The translations under genes were made by a program, and so were the position numbers. From assembly GCA_040902515.1 (NCBI GenBank), contig JBBDXB010000006.1, forward strand, positions 66,219 to 130,218: 64,000 bases of DNA, in the 5' to 3' direction. Numbering within the stretch: the first letter of the stretch is position 1; every line of letters starts with the position of its first letter. The notes under the pieces were generated by a model. It was given only the letters and a program-made list of their open reading frames with translations. It ran no database searches and was not told the DNA's origin. This document shows positions 36,461 through 45,680 of the stretch, piece after piece. This DNA comes from Patescibacteria group bacterium (GTDB lineage Bacteria > Patescibacteriota > SICC01).

Positions 36461-38302
36461 ATGTGCGGCATCGCCGGATACGTAGGGGCCGAAACGGCGC
36501 GGCCGGTCCTGATCGGAGGACTGAAGCGGTTGGAATACCGAGGATATGATTCGGCGGGCATCGCCGAACTCGACGGCGCGGAACTGACCGTGACCAAGGC
36601 GGCCGGCCGGGTCGCGGAGCTTGAGGCAAAGCTGCCGGATTCGACGGCGACCGCCGGCATCGCCCACACCCGCTGGGCGACCCACGGCGTACCCAGCGAG
36701 ACGAACGCCCATCCGCATGTAGCCGGACGGATCGCCCTGGTGCATAACGGCATCATCGAGAACTACCGCTCCCTCCGGGAGATGCTCGGGGCGGGCGGCG
36801 TGCACTTCGCCAGCGAGACCGACACCGAAGTGCTGGCGCAGCTCATCGCGAAGCACGTCGCGAAAGCCGGGATGAAGAAAGAGACCCGGCCGCTCTGCGC
36901 GGGCGTACGCGCGGCGCTCCGCGAGGTGCGGGGAACGTTCGGCATCGTCGTGCTCTCCGCCGACTACCCCGACACGCTGGTAGCCGCCCGGCGCGGAAGT
37001 CCCCTGGTGATCGGCTACGGCGAGGGCGAGCACCTGGTCGCGTCGGATACCTCGGCCCTGCTCGGGCGGACCCGGCGGGTCGTCTACCTGGAGGATGACG
37101 AGATCGCGGAAGTCACCGCCGATGCCGTGAAGCTGGAGACGCTCGAGGCCCGGCCGGTCAGCCGCTCCGTCACCCGGATCAGCGGCAAGGTCGACGACGT
37201 ACAGAAGCAGGGGTTCGCGCACTTCATGCTTAAGGAGATCCACGAACAACCGGAAGCGTTGCATGACGTCTTCCGTGGACGGCTGCGGCCCGATACCGGC
37301 GGGGCCATGCTCGGCGGCATCAACCTGACCGACGACGAACTCCGTGAGATCGACCAGGTGGTCCTGATCGGCTGCGGGACGGCACTCTACGCCGGACAGG
37401 TAGGCGCCTGGTGGCTGGAGCGATTGGCCCGCGTCCCGACGGCCGCGGTGGTCGCCAGCGAATGGCGGTACCGCAACCCGATCATCGGGCCGCGGACACT
37501 CTGTGTCGCGTTGTCACAATCCGGCGAGACCGCGGACACCCTGGCCGCGATCCGTGAAGCCAAGGCGAAGGGCGCTCGGACGATCGGCCTGATTAACGTG
37601 GTCGGCTCGACGATCGCCCGCGAGGTCGCGGACGGCGGGACGTACCTGCACGCCGGGCCGGAGATCGGCGTAGCCTCGACCAAGGCGTTCACGAACATGC
37701 TCGGCGCGCTGCTCCTGCTGTCCGTGCAATTCGGCCGGATCCGGAATCTCTCGCGGGAAGAAGGCCTGGCGATCATCTCCGAAGCCGGACGGTTGCCGGA
37801 CCTGCTCGCCGGCCAGGTGAAGCAGCGAAGGGTCATCGCGGAGACCGCGAAACGGTACGGCGCGGCCAGGAACGCATTGTACCTGGGCCGCGGACCGGCG
37901 TACCCGATGGCGCTCGAGGGCGCGCTCAAGCTCAAGGAGATTTCATACGTACATGCCGAGGCGTATCCGGCCGGCGAGATGAAGCACGGACCGATCGCCT
38001 TGGTGGAACCGGACCTGCTTTCCGTCTTCCTGGCGCCCCGGAACGCCCTCTACGAGAAGACCAAGTCGAGCCTGGAGGAGGTCCGGGCCCGGGAGGGTGC
38101 GATCATCGCCATCACCACGGAAGGCAACCGTGAGCTGGACGGGCTGGCGGATGCGGTCATCGGAGTGCCGGAAACACACGAGGTGCTTGAGCCGTTCACC
38201 CTGGCGGTGCCGCTCCAGCTCCTCGCCTACGAGATGGCAGTTTCCCGCGGCAAGGACGTGGACATGCCCCGCAACCTCGCCAAGAGCGTCACCGTCGAGT
38301 AG
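36461..38302 (+). CDS. glmS: Glutamine--fructose-6-phosphate aminotransferase (GlcN-6-P synthase)
   Basis: N-terminal MCGIAGY (Ntn Cys), two SIS domains, 613 aa. Confidence 0.9.
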   Translation: MCGIAGYVGAETARPVLIGGLKRLEYRGYDSAGIAELDGAELTVTKAAGRVAELEAKLPDSTATAGIAHTRWATHGVPSETNAHPHVAGRIALVHNGIIENYRSLREMLGAGGVHFASETDTEVLAQLIAKHVAKAGMKKETRPLCAGVRAALREVRGTFGIVVLSADYPDTLVAARRGSPLVIGYGEGEHLVASDTSALLGRTRRVVYLEDDEIAEVTADAVKLETLEARPVSRSVTRISGKVDDVQKQGFAHFMLKEIHEQPEALHDVFRGRLRPDTGGAMLGGINLTDDELREIDQVVLIGCGTALYAGQVGAWWLERLARVPTAAVVASEWRYRNPIIGPRTLCVALSQSGETADTLAAIREAKAKGARTIGLINVVGSTIAREVADGGTYLHAGPEIGVASTKAFTNMLGALLLLSVQFGRIRNLSREEGLAIISEAGRLPDLLAGQVKQRRVIAETAKRYGAARNALYLGRGPAYPMALEGALKLKEISYVHAEAYPAGEMKHGPIALVEPDLLSVFLAPRNALYEKTKSSLEEVRAREGAIIAITTEGNRELDGLADAVIGVPETHEVLEPFTLAVPLQLLAYEMAVSRGKDVDMPRNLAKSVTVE

Positions 38303-39086
38303 CCTGCCGGGCCAGCGTCGCCCACTCCTCGACGGTCAGCGTTTCCGCCCGCCGTGTCGGGTTGATGCCCGCGCGTTCCAGCAGCACCGCGGACTGCTCA
38401 TGGGACAGGTCGAGGTTCCGCGCCAGGCTATTGTGGACCTGCTTCCGCTTCTCGGCGAACCCTGCCCGCACGACGGCGAAGAACGCTTCCTCCGACACGC
38501 CGCCGAGCATTTCTTCCAGATTCCGGCCGATGTCCTCAATCCGCAGGATCGCGGAATCAACCTCCGGTGGCGGTGAGAACGCGCCGGCCTTGATCCGGCC
38601 GACGATCCGGGGGCGTCCGTACAGCTGGACCGACACCGCCAGTACGCTCATCTTCGGCGGCCGGGCACAGATGCGTTCGGCCACTTCAGCCTGGATCGTC
38701 AGGGTCATCGCCTCCGGCCGCGCCGGGGACTCCAGGAAGTGGCGCACGATCGCCGACGTGATGTAGTACGGCACGTTCGCGACCACCTGGTACGGCCGCG
38801 GGAGCTCGGAAAGGTCCGTTTCCAGGATGTCGCCCTGACGGATCTCCAGGTTCCCGCATTCCGCAGTGCGCTCCTTAAGCTTCGGGATCAATCGCCGATC
38901 GAGCTCGACCGCGACCACCCGCTCCGCCCGCTCGCAGAGGCCCGGGGTCAGGATGCCCGGCCCCGGACCGACCTCGACTACGGTCTCCGAACCGGTCAAG
39001 CTGGCCGCATCCAACACGCTTTGGACGGCGCTGGGATCCGCCAGCCAGTGTTGGCCGAGGGACTTCCTGGCATGGATCCGCTCCAT
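38289..39086 (-). CDS. rsmA: 16S rRNA (adenine1518/1519-N6)-dimethyltransferase RsmA/KsgA (265 aa from MERIHARKSLGQHWL; the longer ORF to 40082 is an artefact)
   Basis: KsgA N-terminus LGQHFL-like (LGQHWL), SAM motif VVEVGPGPGILT, and NVPY(Y) motif. Confidence 0.85.
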   Translation of the reverse strand: MERIHARKSLGQHWLADPSAVQSVLDAASLTGSETVVEVGPGPGILTPGLCERAERVVAVELDRRLIPKLKERTAECGNLEIRQGDILETDLSELPRPYQVVANVPYYITSAIVRHFLESPARPEAMTLTIQAEVAERICARPPKMSVLAVSVQLYGRPRIVGRIKAGAFSPPPEVDSAILRIEDIGRNLEEMLGGVSEEAFFAVVRAGFAEKRKQVHNSLARNLDLSHEQSAVLLERAGINPTRRAETLTVEEWATLARQATRR

Positions 39087-39088
39087 CG

Positions 39089-41320
39089 CTACTCCTTCTT
39101 CAGCATTCCGGCGAATGCGGATGAGAGCTTCTTCACCGCACCGTTGAATTCCACCGACAGGACTGAGTCGGTGACTTCCGTCACGGTCCCGCGCCCGAAC
39201 TTCGGGTGCGTGACGGTATCGCCGGCTTCCAGGTAGACCGGTTCCTGACTGAACTCCTCGGACGGATGCGGCTGGTCCTGCGCTGGTGACTTGTAACGCG
39301 GCGCACTCCGGCCTTGCATCGACCAGTCGCCGAATCCCTGGCCCGCTTGTCCGGCGGCGGTCCGGACCCCGCCGGTCACTTCGAGCAAACCCTCTGGAAT
39401 CTCCGACAGGAACCGTGACGGCAGGTTGGCCTGGATGTTCCCGTAGAGCACCCGCGACGATGCATGCAGCAGGTAGAGCCGCTGCATCGCCCGGGTCATC
39501 CCGACGTAGGCCAGTCGGCGCTCTTCTTCCATCTCGCTGACATCGAGCAAGCTCCGGGAGTGCGGGAAGATTCCCTCCTCCAACCCGACGATCATCACCA
39601 CCGGGAACTCCAGCCCCTTGGCGGCGTGCAGGGTCATCAGCGTGACGCTGTCCGCCCGGTCGTCGTACTGGTCCACGTCCGTGATCAGCGAGACGTCCTC
39701 CAGGAACACCGAAAGCGCTTCCTCGCCTTTGAGATGATCGTACCGCTTGGCGGCCGTGGAAAGTTCCTTGAGGTTCTCGAGGCGCGCCGCCGCTTCGACG
39801 GTGCCGTCGTCGATCCACTCGGCGTAGCCGGTCTCCTTGAGGATCGCGGCGATCAGCTCGTCCACCGTCCCGCCGTCGTCCACCAGTTTCCTGAGTTTCG
39901 CGTAGAGTTCCGCGAACCGCTGCACCGCCTTGCGGCTGCCCGGTGCCAGTTCGCCGAGCTCGTCGGCCCGTTCGACGACGCCTTTCAGGGAAAGCCCCTG
40001 CCGGTCCGCGGTCTCCAGCAGCACCGCCAACGCCTTGTCGCCGATGCCGCGGGTCGGCACGTTGATGATCCGCTTCCAGCACAGGCCGTCGTTGGGGTTA
40101 TGCAGCGCCTGGAGGTACGCCAGGATGTCCTTGATCTCCTTCCGTTCGTAGAACCGGACGCCGCCGACCACACGGTACGGCAGGTTCGCCGCGATCAGGC
40201 GTTCTTCCACGACCCGGCTTTGCGCGTTGGTCCGGTAGAGTACCGCGACGGTCCGGAGCGCGAATCCCTCGGATTGCAGCCGGCGGATTTCCTTCACGAT
40301 CTGGTCGGCCTCGTCCCGCTCGTTCCGGGCCTCGAAGACGCGGAGCTTCTCGCCGGGACCGGCTTCCGTCCAGAGCGCCTTCTCCTTCCGGCCGGTGTTC
40401 TTCTCGATCACCGCCTGGGCCGCGTCGAGGATGTTCTGGGTGGAGCGGTAGTTGCGTTCGAGCTTCACCACGACCGCGTCGGGATAGTCCTTCTCGAACT
40501 GCAGGATGTTCCGGATATCCGCGCCGCGCCAGGAATAGATGCCCTGGTCCGGATCGCCGACCACGCAGAGGTTCTGGTGCCCTTGGGCCAGCAGTTTCGT
40601 GAGCGTGTACTGGACATGGTTGGTGTCCTGGTACTCGTCCACCATCACGTAGCGCCAGCGCTGCTGGTACTTCTTCAGGACCTCCGGGCGGGTCGCGAAG
40701 AGCCGGACCGTCTCGACCAGCAGGTCATCGAAGTCGAGCGCGTCGTTCCGTTTGAGCAGCTTCTGGTACTCGCGGTAGATCGCCGCGATCGTCGCCTGCG
40801 GTTCCCCTTGGGCCCGTTCGCCGTACTTCGCGGGATCCATCAACTCGTTCTTGGCCGCGGAGATCTCGTGCCGGACGAACCCCGGGTTGTACTGTTTCTG
40901 TGAGATCTGCAGGTAATCCATCGCCGCCTTTACCGCGACCTGGGAATCGTGGGCGTCGTAGATCGTGAATCCGGGGGCCAGGCCGATCTGCTGGCCGTCC
41001 GCCCGGAGAATCCGGACGCAGATGGCGTGGAACGTGCCGATCGTCGGCAGGTCCGCGCGCTGCGGCCGGCCGGATGAGTCGTCCGTATTTCGCCGGAGCA
41101 GGTCGCGGACGCGTTCCTTCATCTCGCCGGCGGCCTTGTTGGTGAACGTCACGGCCAAGATCGCCAGGGGCGGCACACCGCGCTCCCGGATCAGGTGCGC
41201 CACCCGGTACGTCAGTGCCCGGGTCTTGCCGGAGCCGGCGCCGGCCAGGATCAGTACCGGGCCGTCCGTGGTCGCGGCGGCCTTGCGTTGGTCTTCGTTG
41301 AGTTCGTCGAGAAGGGTCAC
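39089..41320 (-). CDS. pcrA: ATP-dependent DNA helicase PcrA/UvrD (SF1)
   Basis: Walker A AGAGSGKT, motifs through to the C-terminal Tudor-like domain, 743 aa. Confidence 0.9.
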   Translation of the reverse strand: MTLLDELNEDQRKAAATTDGPVLILAGAGSGKTRALTYRVAHLIRERGVPPLAILAVTFTNKAAGEMKERVRDLLRRNTDDSSGRPQRADLPTIGTFHAICVRILRADGQQIGLAPGFTIYDAHDSQVAVKAAMDYLQISQKQYNPGFVRHEISAAKNELMDPAKYGERAQGEPQATIAAIYREYQKLLKRNDALDFDDLLVETVRLFATRPEVLKKYQQRWRYVMVDEYQDTNHVQYTLTKLLAQGHQNLCVVGDPDQGIYSWRGADIRNILQFEKDYPDAVVVKLERNYRSTQNILDAAQAVIEKNTGRKEKALWTEAGPGEKLRVFEARNERDEADQIVKEIRRLQSEGFALRTVAVLYRTNAQSRVVEERLIAANLPYRVVGGVRFYERKEIKDILAYLQALHNPNDGLCWKRIINVPTRGIGDKALAVLLETADRQGLSLKGVVERADELGELAPGSRKAVQRFAELYAKLRKLVDDGGTVDELIAAILKETGYAEWIDDGTVEAAARLENLKELSTAAKRYDHLKGEEALSVFLEDVSLITDVDQYDDRADSVTLMTLHAAKGLEFPVVMIVGLEEGIFPHSRSLLDVSEMEEERRLAYVGMTRAMQRLYLLHASSRVLYGNIQANLPSRFLSEIPEGLLEVTGGVRTAAGQAGQGFGDWSMQGRSAPRYKSPAQDQPHPSEEFSQEPVYLEAGDTVTHPKFGRGTVTEVTDSVLSVEFNGAVKKLSSAFAGMLKKE

Positions 41321-41386
41321 CGGTCTATTTTAGCGGGTTATGAAAACGGGAGCGCGCTGCGCTCCCTCCCCCCTGGCCAGTGGTGC

Positions 41387-41848
41387 TTAATATCCGGGAA
41401 TGCCGTACAGTTCGATCGTCGCCTGGTCCGGTGTGCCGTTCCCTTGGAAGACGACGGTCCATCCGTCGCCGGCCTGCTTCAGGATCTGCGCGAAACCGGT
41501 CGGCTCGTTATTGCACTCGACCCCGGTACGGGCGAAACCGTCCTCTACCGACGTGATCGTGAATCCGGTCACGGCGTCGCAACCGACTGAGGCCAGGGCG
41601 TGGGTCCGGCCGGCTTCCCTGATTTGCTCAGTATCAGTAGGTGGTTCCGTATCCCCTCCCGACGCGGGCGAAGGGACAGACGTCGGGGTCGGTAGCGGTG
41701 AGACCGACGGCGTGGGCGACACCGTCGCGGCCGGCTCCGTGTCGCCCTGTACCAGGAGGAGCCCCGCCGCGACGATACCGCCACCGAGTATGGCAGCTCC
41801 GGCAAGCGAGGCGGTCAGTTTTCCTCTCGAGAGAATCATCAATCTCAT
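41387..41848 (-). CDS. Secreted/lipoprotein-like hypothetical protein with a Pro/Thr/Ser-rich linker
   Basis: Signal peptide/TM, a PTPSVSPLPTPTSVPSP linker, and a small C-terminal domain with two Cys. Confidence 0.45.
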   Translation of the reverse strand: MRLMILSRGKLTASLAGAAILGGGIVAAGLLLVQGDTEPAATVSPTPSVSPLPTPTSVPSPASGGDTEPPTDTEQIREAGRTHALASVGCDAVTGFTITSVEDGFARTGVECNNEPTGFAQILKQAGDGWTVVFQGNGTPDQATIELYGIPGY

Positions 41849-41863
41849 TTTCCACCAGGCTCA

Positions 41864-43099
41864 CTAGACAGGCAAGGGGAAGCGGGCCGTCAGCCCGCGG
41901 ACGGCCGCCGCGACTTCCTGCCGGACGGACTCACTGCCAGTATCCTTAAGCACCGTGGTGATCAGTCCGGCGATCTGCTTCATCTCGCCTTCCTGCATTC
42001 CCCGCGTGGTCACCGCCGGCGTCCCGATTCTGAGGCCGCTGGTCACGAACGGGGACTCGGGATCGCTCGGGATGGTGTTCTTGTTCAGCGTGATCATCGC
42101 CCGGTCGAGTGCGAGCGCCGCCTCCTTGCCGGTCAGCTCTTGCGGACGCAGGTCGACCAGGAGCAGATGGTTGTCCGTACCGCCGGAAACGAGTTTGCAC
42201 CCCTGCGCCGAGAGCTCGTCCGCGAGCGCCTTAGCGTTCGCAACGACTTGCCGGGCATAGGCTTTGAACTCCGGCCGAAGCGCTTCGCCGAACGCGACCG
42301 CCTTGCCGGCGATCATGTTCATCAGCGGGCCACCCTGCGTGCCGGGGAATACCGCCTTGTCGATCTTCTTTGCGATCTCCGCATCGTTGGTAAGGATCAT
42401 GCCGCCGCGCGCGCCCCTGAGCGTCTTGTGGGTCGTGGTCGTCACCACGTGCGCGTGTGGGAACGGGTTCGGATACGCACCGGCCGCCACCAGTCCGGCC
42501 ACGTGCGCGATGTCTGCCATCAGGATGGCTCCCACCGAATCGGCGATGTCCCGGAACCGCTGCCAGTCTAGGGTGCGCGAATAGGCGGAGAATCCGGCGA
42601 CGATCAGCTGCGGGCGGTGCTGCTTGGCAAGCTTTTCCACCGCATCGTAGTCGAGCATCTCGCTCTTCGGATCGACTCCATAGAGCGCCGATCGATAGAG
42701 TTGTCCCGACGCGTTGACCGCCTGCCCGTGCGAGAGGTGGCCGCCGTGGGAGATTTCCTGGCCCATGATCGTATCGCCCGGTTTGAGTAGTCCCAAGTAC
42801 ACCGCCATGTTCGCCTGGGCGCCGGAATGTGGCTGCACGTTCGCGAACGCGCAGCCGAACAGTTCCTTCGCCCGTTCGCGAGCCAGCTCCTCAACCTCAT
42901 CGACGATCTGATTCCCCTCGTAATAGCGTTTGCCGGGATAGCCCTCCGCGTATTTATTGGTCAGTACCGAACCGGTCGCTTCGCGGACGGCCGCGGAAGC
43001 GTAGTTCTCGGACGCGATCAGCTGCAGGCCTTCCTGCTGCCGCGCGGTTTCCCGCCGAATCGCGTCGAAAAGGTCCGGATCTTGCTGCTGGAGGTTCAT
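41864..43099 (-). CDS. glyA: Serine hydroxymethyltransferase
   Basis: PLP site [11 protein letters not shown], 411 aa. Confidence 0.9.
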   Translation of the reverse strand: MNLQQQDPDLFDAIRRETARQQEGLQLIASENYASAAVREATGSVLTNKYAEGYPGKRYYEGNQIVDEVEELARERAKELFGCAFANVQPHSGAQANMAVYLGLLKPGDTIMGQEISHGGHLSHGQAVNASGQLYRSALYGVDPKSEMLDYDAVEKLAKQHRPQLIVAGFSAYSRTLDWQRFRDIADSVGAILMADIAHVAGLVAAGAYPNPFPHAHVVTTTTHKTLRGARGGMILTNDAEIAKKIDKAVFPGTQGGPLMNMIAGKAVAFGEALRPEFKAYARQVVANAKALADELSAQGCKLVSGGTDNHLLLVDLRPQELTGKEAALALDRAMITLNKNTIPSDPESPFVTSGLRIGTPAVTTRGMQEGEMKQIAGLITTVLKDTGSESVRQEVAAAVRGLTARFPLPV

Positions 43100-43128
43100 G
43101 ACCCCAGCTTACCGCACCCGGTGGACGG

Positions 43129-43518
43129 TTACTCTTCTACCACGAGTTCGTCATAACCGGTTCGGGAATCGGGTTTCCGTCGATACGTTCCCTGGACGAC
43201 ACCGATGACAATCTCGGCAGTCGTCCTGACAACACAACCTTTGCTCAGGTGACCACCGACTGTCTTCCCTTGATCATCCGATACCGACAAATGGAGATGT
43301 GAGCCGTTCCGGGATATCGTGCCGGTAAGCGAGACGATCTCATAATCCTGTTCCGCCTCAAGAAACCGTCCTGCGTCGGCCAGTCTGATACGGGCACGTC
43401 GTAAGCTGCCCACGCCGGACAGGATAACGCCTGCATCGATAGCATGTTGGTCGACTACCCGCTGGATCTCCTCCCGAAGATCCTGATCCGGTTCTATACG
43501 GAATGAATACGTCTGCAT
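43129..43518 (-). CDS. PPC (DUF296) domain protein
   Basis: 129 aa matching the plants-and-prokaryotes-conserved PPC fold pattern (..ILSGVGSL..A.IRL...). Confidence 0.5.
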   Translation of the reverse strand: MQTYSFRIEPDQDLREEIQRVVDQHAIDAGVILSGVGSLRRARIRLADAGRFLEAEQDYEIVSLTGTISRNGSHLHLSVSDDQGKTVGGHLSKGCVVRTTAEIVIGVVQGTYRRKPDSRTGYDELVVEE

Positions 43519-43523
43519 GATTA

Positions 43524-44156
43524 CTACCCCACCGTCTCGATGATATCAGCCTCCGAAATCGCCGCTTCGCGGAGTACCCGCACGCCGTCCGTCACGTCGA
43601 CGACCGTCGAGACCGGACGGATCGGGAGCGAGCCGGCATCGATTACGAGGTGTGGCAACTCACCGCCCTCGACCTGCTCCAGGAATTCTTCCGGCGTGAA
43701 TGCCGGGGGTCGTCCAGAAAGGTTGGCACTGGTCGCCGTGTATGGTCGCTCCAGACGTTCGGCCAGCTGCGCCGCGAACGGGTAATCGGGATACCGCACA
43801 CCGACGGCCTGTCCTTCGCCCACGCATTGCGGCACGAGACCCGCACCGGTGGAAACGGGAAGCACTAACGTAAGCGGTCCCGGCATGAAACGGTCCCAGA
43901 GGCGAGCCGCAGCCGGATTGAACGTGGTGATAGCCTCGGCCTGGCGTCGTCCGTCCGTGATTACCGAAAGCGGCTTCCCGGATATGTCCTGTTTGAGCCG
44001 GAGTACCACCTCCACCGCTTCTTCCCGTGCCGCATCCGCGGCCAGGCCGTAGCTCGTGTCGGTCGGGAAGAGCACCACGCCTCCTTCGATCAGGAACTCG
44101 ACCGCCGTAGCCACGGTCTCCTCCACGTTGTGGGCACTCAGCTTGATGGTTTTCAT
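43524..44156 (-). CDS. tsaC: L-threonylcarbamoyladenylate synthase (Sua5/YrdC family)
   Basis: YrdC motifs (VVLFPTDTSYGLAAD; SANLSG), starting at MKTIKL. Confidence 0.8.
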   Translation of the reverse strand: MKTIKLSAHNVEETVATAVEFLIEGGVVLFPTDTSYGLAADAAREEAVEVVLRLKQDISGKPLSVITDGRRQAEAITTFNPAAARLWDRFMPGPLTLVLPVSTGAGLVPQCVGEGQAVGVRYPDYPFAAQLAERLERPYTATSANLSGRPPAFTPEEFLEQVEGGELPHLVIDAGSLPIRPVSTVVDVTDGVRVLREAAISEADIIETVG

Positions 44157-44181
44157 GTTTTTCTCGACACTCCCTGTTACC

Positions 44182-45393
44182 ATGCATCGTAGCATGACCT
44201 CACCGACCTACGCCGCCATCTTCGGCCGCAACCCGGCCCTCACCGTCGCGGAGCTGACCGCGCTCTCGGAAACGCACGGGTTCGCCATCCGGCCGCTCGG
44301 GAAATACGCGGTCGAGCTGGACGGGTTCGACCCGGCGCTCGCCGACCGGAGCGGCGCCGTCACCAAGCTGATCCGGCTTTCCGCGCGGCCCTACCCCGAT
44401 GCGACCGTGGCGCTCCAAGCCGAGGCCGCCGCGGTCTCGGCCGATGCCAAGTTCCCGTTCGGCGTGAGCTCGTACGCCGACGACCGCGCTACCCCGCTCG
44501 CCACCGCCCTCAAGCGGCACTTCAAGGAACGGGGCGTCCCGGCACGGTTCATCGGTCAACCCAAGGGACGCTCCGGGCGCTGGCCGGACGGGGAGCTCTC
44601 CGCCGTCCAGGTCCGCCACGGCGACCTGCTCACGCGGGGCGCCGATTTCTGTATCTTCGGAACGCCGGACGGCTACCGGAGCGGCCGGACCGTCTGGGTC
44701 TACGACTTCGAGGGCTTCGCCGTGCGGGACTACGACAAGCCGGCCGCCGACGCTCGCCGCGGCATGCTGCCGCCACAGCTTGCCCGCACCATGGTGAACC
44801 TCGCCACCTGCGGCGATCCGGACCTCGCCGTCTACGATCCGTTCTGCGGCAATGGGAATCTCCTGATCGAATCGGTCATGCTCGGCCATCGCACGCTCGG
44901 ATCGGACATCACGGAAGACGCCGTGGATGCGGCGAAGCGGAACCTCCGCTGGCTGGCGGAGCGGCACCCGGAACTGCCCAAGGCCGAGGTAACCCTTCAC
45001 GACGCTACCATGTCGCTGGACGCCGACGCCCCCGCGGTCCTCGCGACGGAAGGCTACCTCGGCGACCCGCTCGGCCAGCAGGCGACCGCCGCCGACATGG
45101 AGCATCAGGCGAAGTTCGTGGAGACGCTGATCGGCAAGTTCCTGCAACGCGCCGCCGACTTCCTGGAGCCGAAGCGGCGCCTGGTAATCACGTTTCCGGC
45201 CTGGCGGACCCCCGGTTCGCGGCAGCCTCACCGCCTCCTGGACGTTGAACTGATTTCCCGCCTTGGTTACACTGTAATTCGACCCGTTCCGGAGGGATTC
45301 TCCTTCCCGGAACTCACCAGCCGCGGATCGATTGACGTCGCCCGGCCGAAGCAGCGGGTCGTCCACGAATTATTCATTTTTCAAAAGCACTGA
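44182..45393 (+). CDS. THUMP-domain RNA (guanine-N2)-methyltransferase-like (Trm11/RlmL family)
   Basis: SAM-dependent N6/N2-MTase motif DPFCGNGNLLIE. It diverges from tsaC and lies 3 nt upstream of rpmA. Confidence 0.6.
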   Translation: MHRSMTSPTYAAIFGRNPALTVAELTALSETHGFAIRPLGKYAVELDGFDPALADRSGAVTKLIRLSARPYPDATVALQAEAAAVSADAKFPFGVSSYADDRATPLATALKRHFKERGVPARFIGQPKGRSGRWPDGELSAVQVRHGDLLTRGADFCIFGTPDGYRSGRTVWVYDFEGFAVRDYDKPAADARRGMLPPQLARTMVNLATCGDPDLAVYDPFCGNGNLLIESVMLGHRTLGSDITEDAVDAAKRNLRWLAERHPELPKAEVTLHDATMSLDADAPAVLATEGYLGDPLGQQATAADMEHQAKFVETLIGKFLQRAADFLEPKRRLVITFPAWRTPGSRQPHRLLDVELISRLGYTVIRPVPEGFSFPELTSRGSIDVARPKQRVVHELFIFQKH

Positions 45394-45396
45394 ACC

Positions 45397-45672
45397 ATGG
45401 CACATACTAAAGCCGGCGGTACTACCAAACTGGGGCGCGATTCGAACGCCCAACGCCTCGGCGTGAAGGTCGGCGACGGCCAGCAGGTCCACGCCGGCGC
45501 GGTCCTCGTCCGTCAGCGCGGCCGCTGGATGGAACCCGGGGAGAACGTCGGTATCGGCAAGGACGATACCCTTTTCGCTACCGCGACCGGTGCCGTGCAG
45601 TACGGCAAACGGCAGAAGACCCGCTTCAGCGGCTCCCGGATCCGGAAGACGGTCGTTTCGGTCCAGGCCTAG
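45397..45672 (+). CDS. rpmA: 50S ribosomal protein L27
   Basis: N-terminal [23 protein letters not shown], 91 aa. Confidence 0.9.
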   Translation: MAHTKAGGTTKLGRDSNAQRLGVKVGDGQQVHAGAVLVRQRGRWMEPGENVGIGKDDTLFATATGAVQYGKRQKTRFSGSRIRKTVVSVQA

Positions 45673-45680
45673 GAAGACGC

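Noticed and set aside
36400-36470. glmS ribozyme in the glmS leader
   Set aside because: Only about 36 bp separate glmS from the divergent gene, and the -10 box is 6 nt from the ATG, so there is no space for a roughly 200-nt ribozyme.
36425-37264. N-terminal extension of the alpha/beta-hydrolase ORF and the long ORF 35827-36756
   Set aside because: They run antisense through glmS. The hydrolase domain starts at MSVEDV, with the divergent glmS promoter immediately upstream.
39087-40082. N-terminal extension of the rsmA/ksgA ORF (597 aa)
   Set aside because: It overlaps the pcrA coding region in another frame and is Arg/Gly-rich. The KsgA N-terminus begins at MERIHARKSLGQHWL.
44200-45366. 388-aa minus-strand ORF antisense to the THUMP methyltransferase
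   Set aside because: Arg/Gly/Pro-rich antisense frame. The plus-strand gene has a clear SAM-MTase motif.
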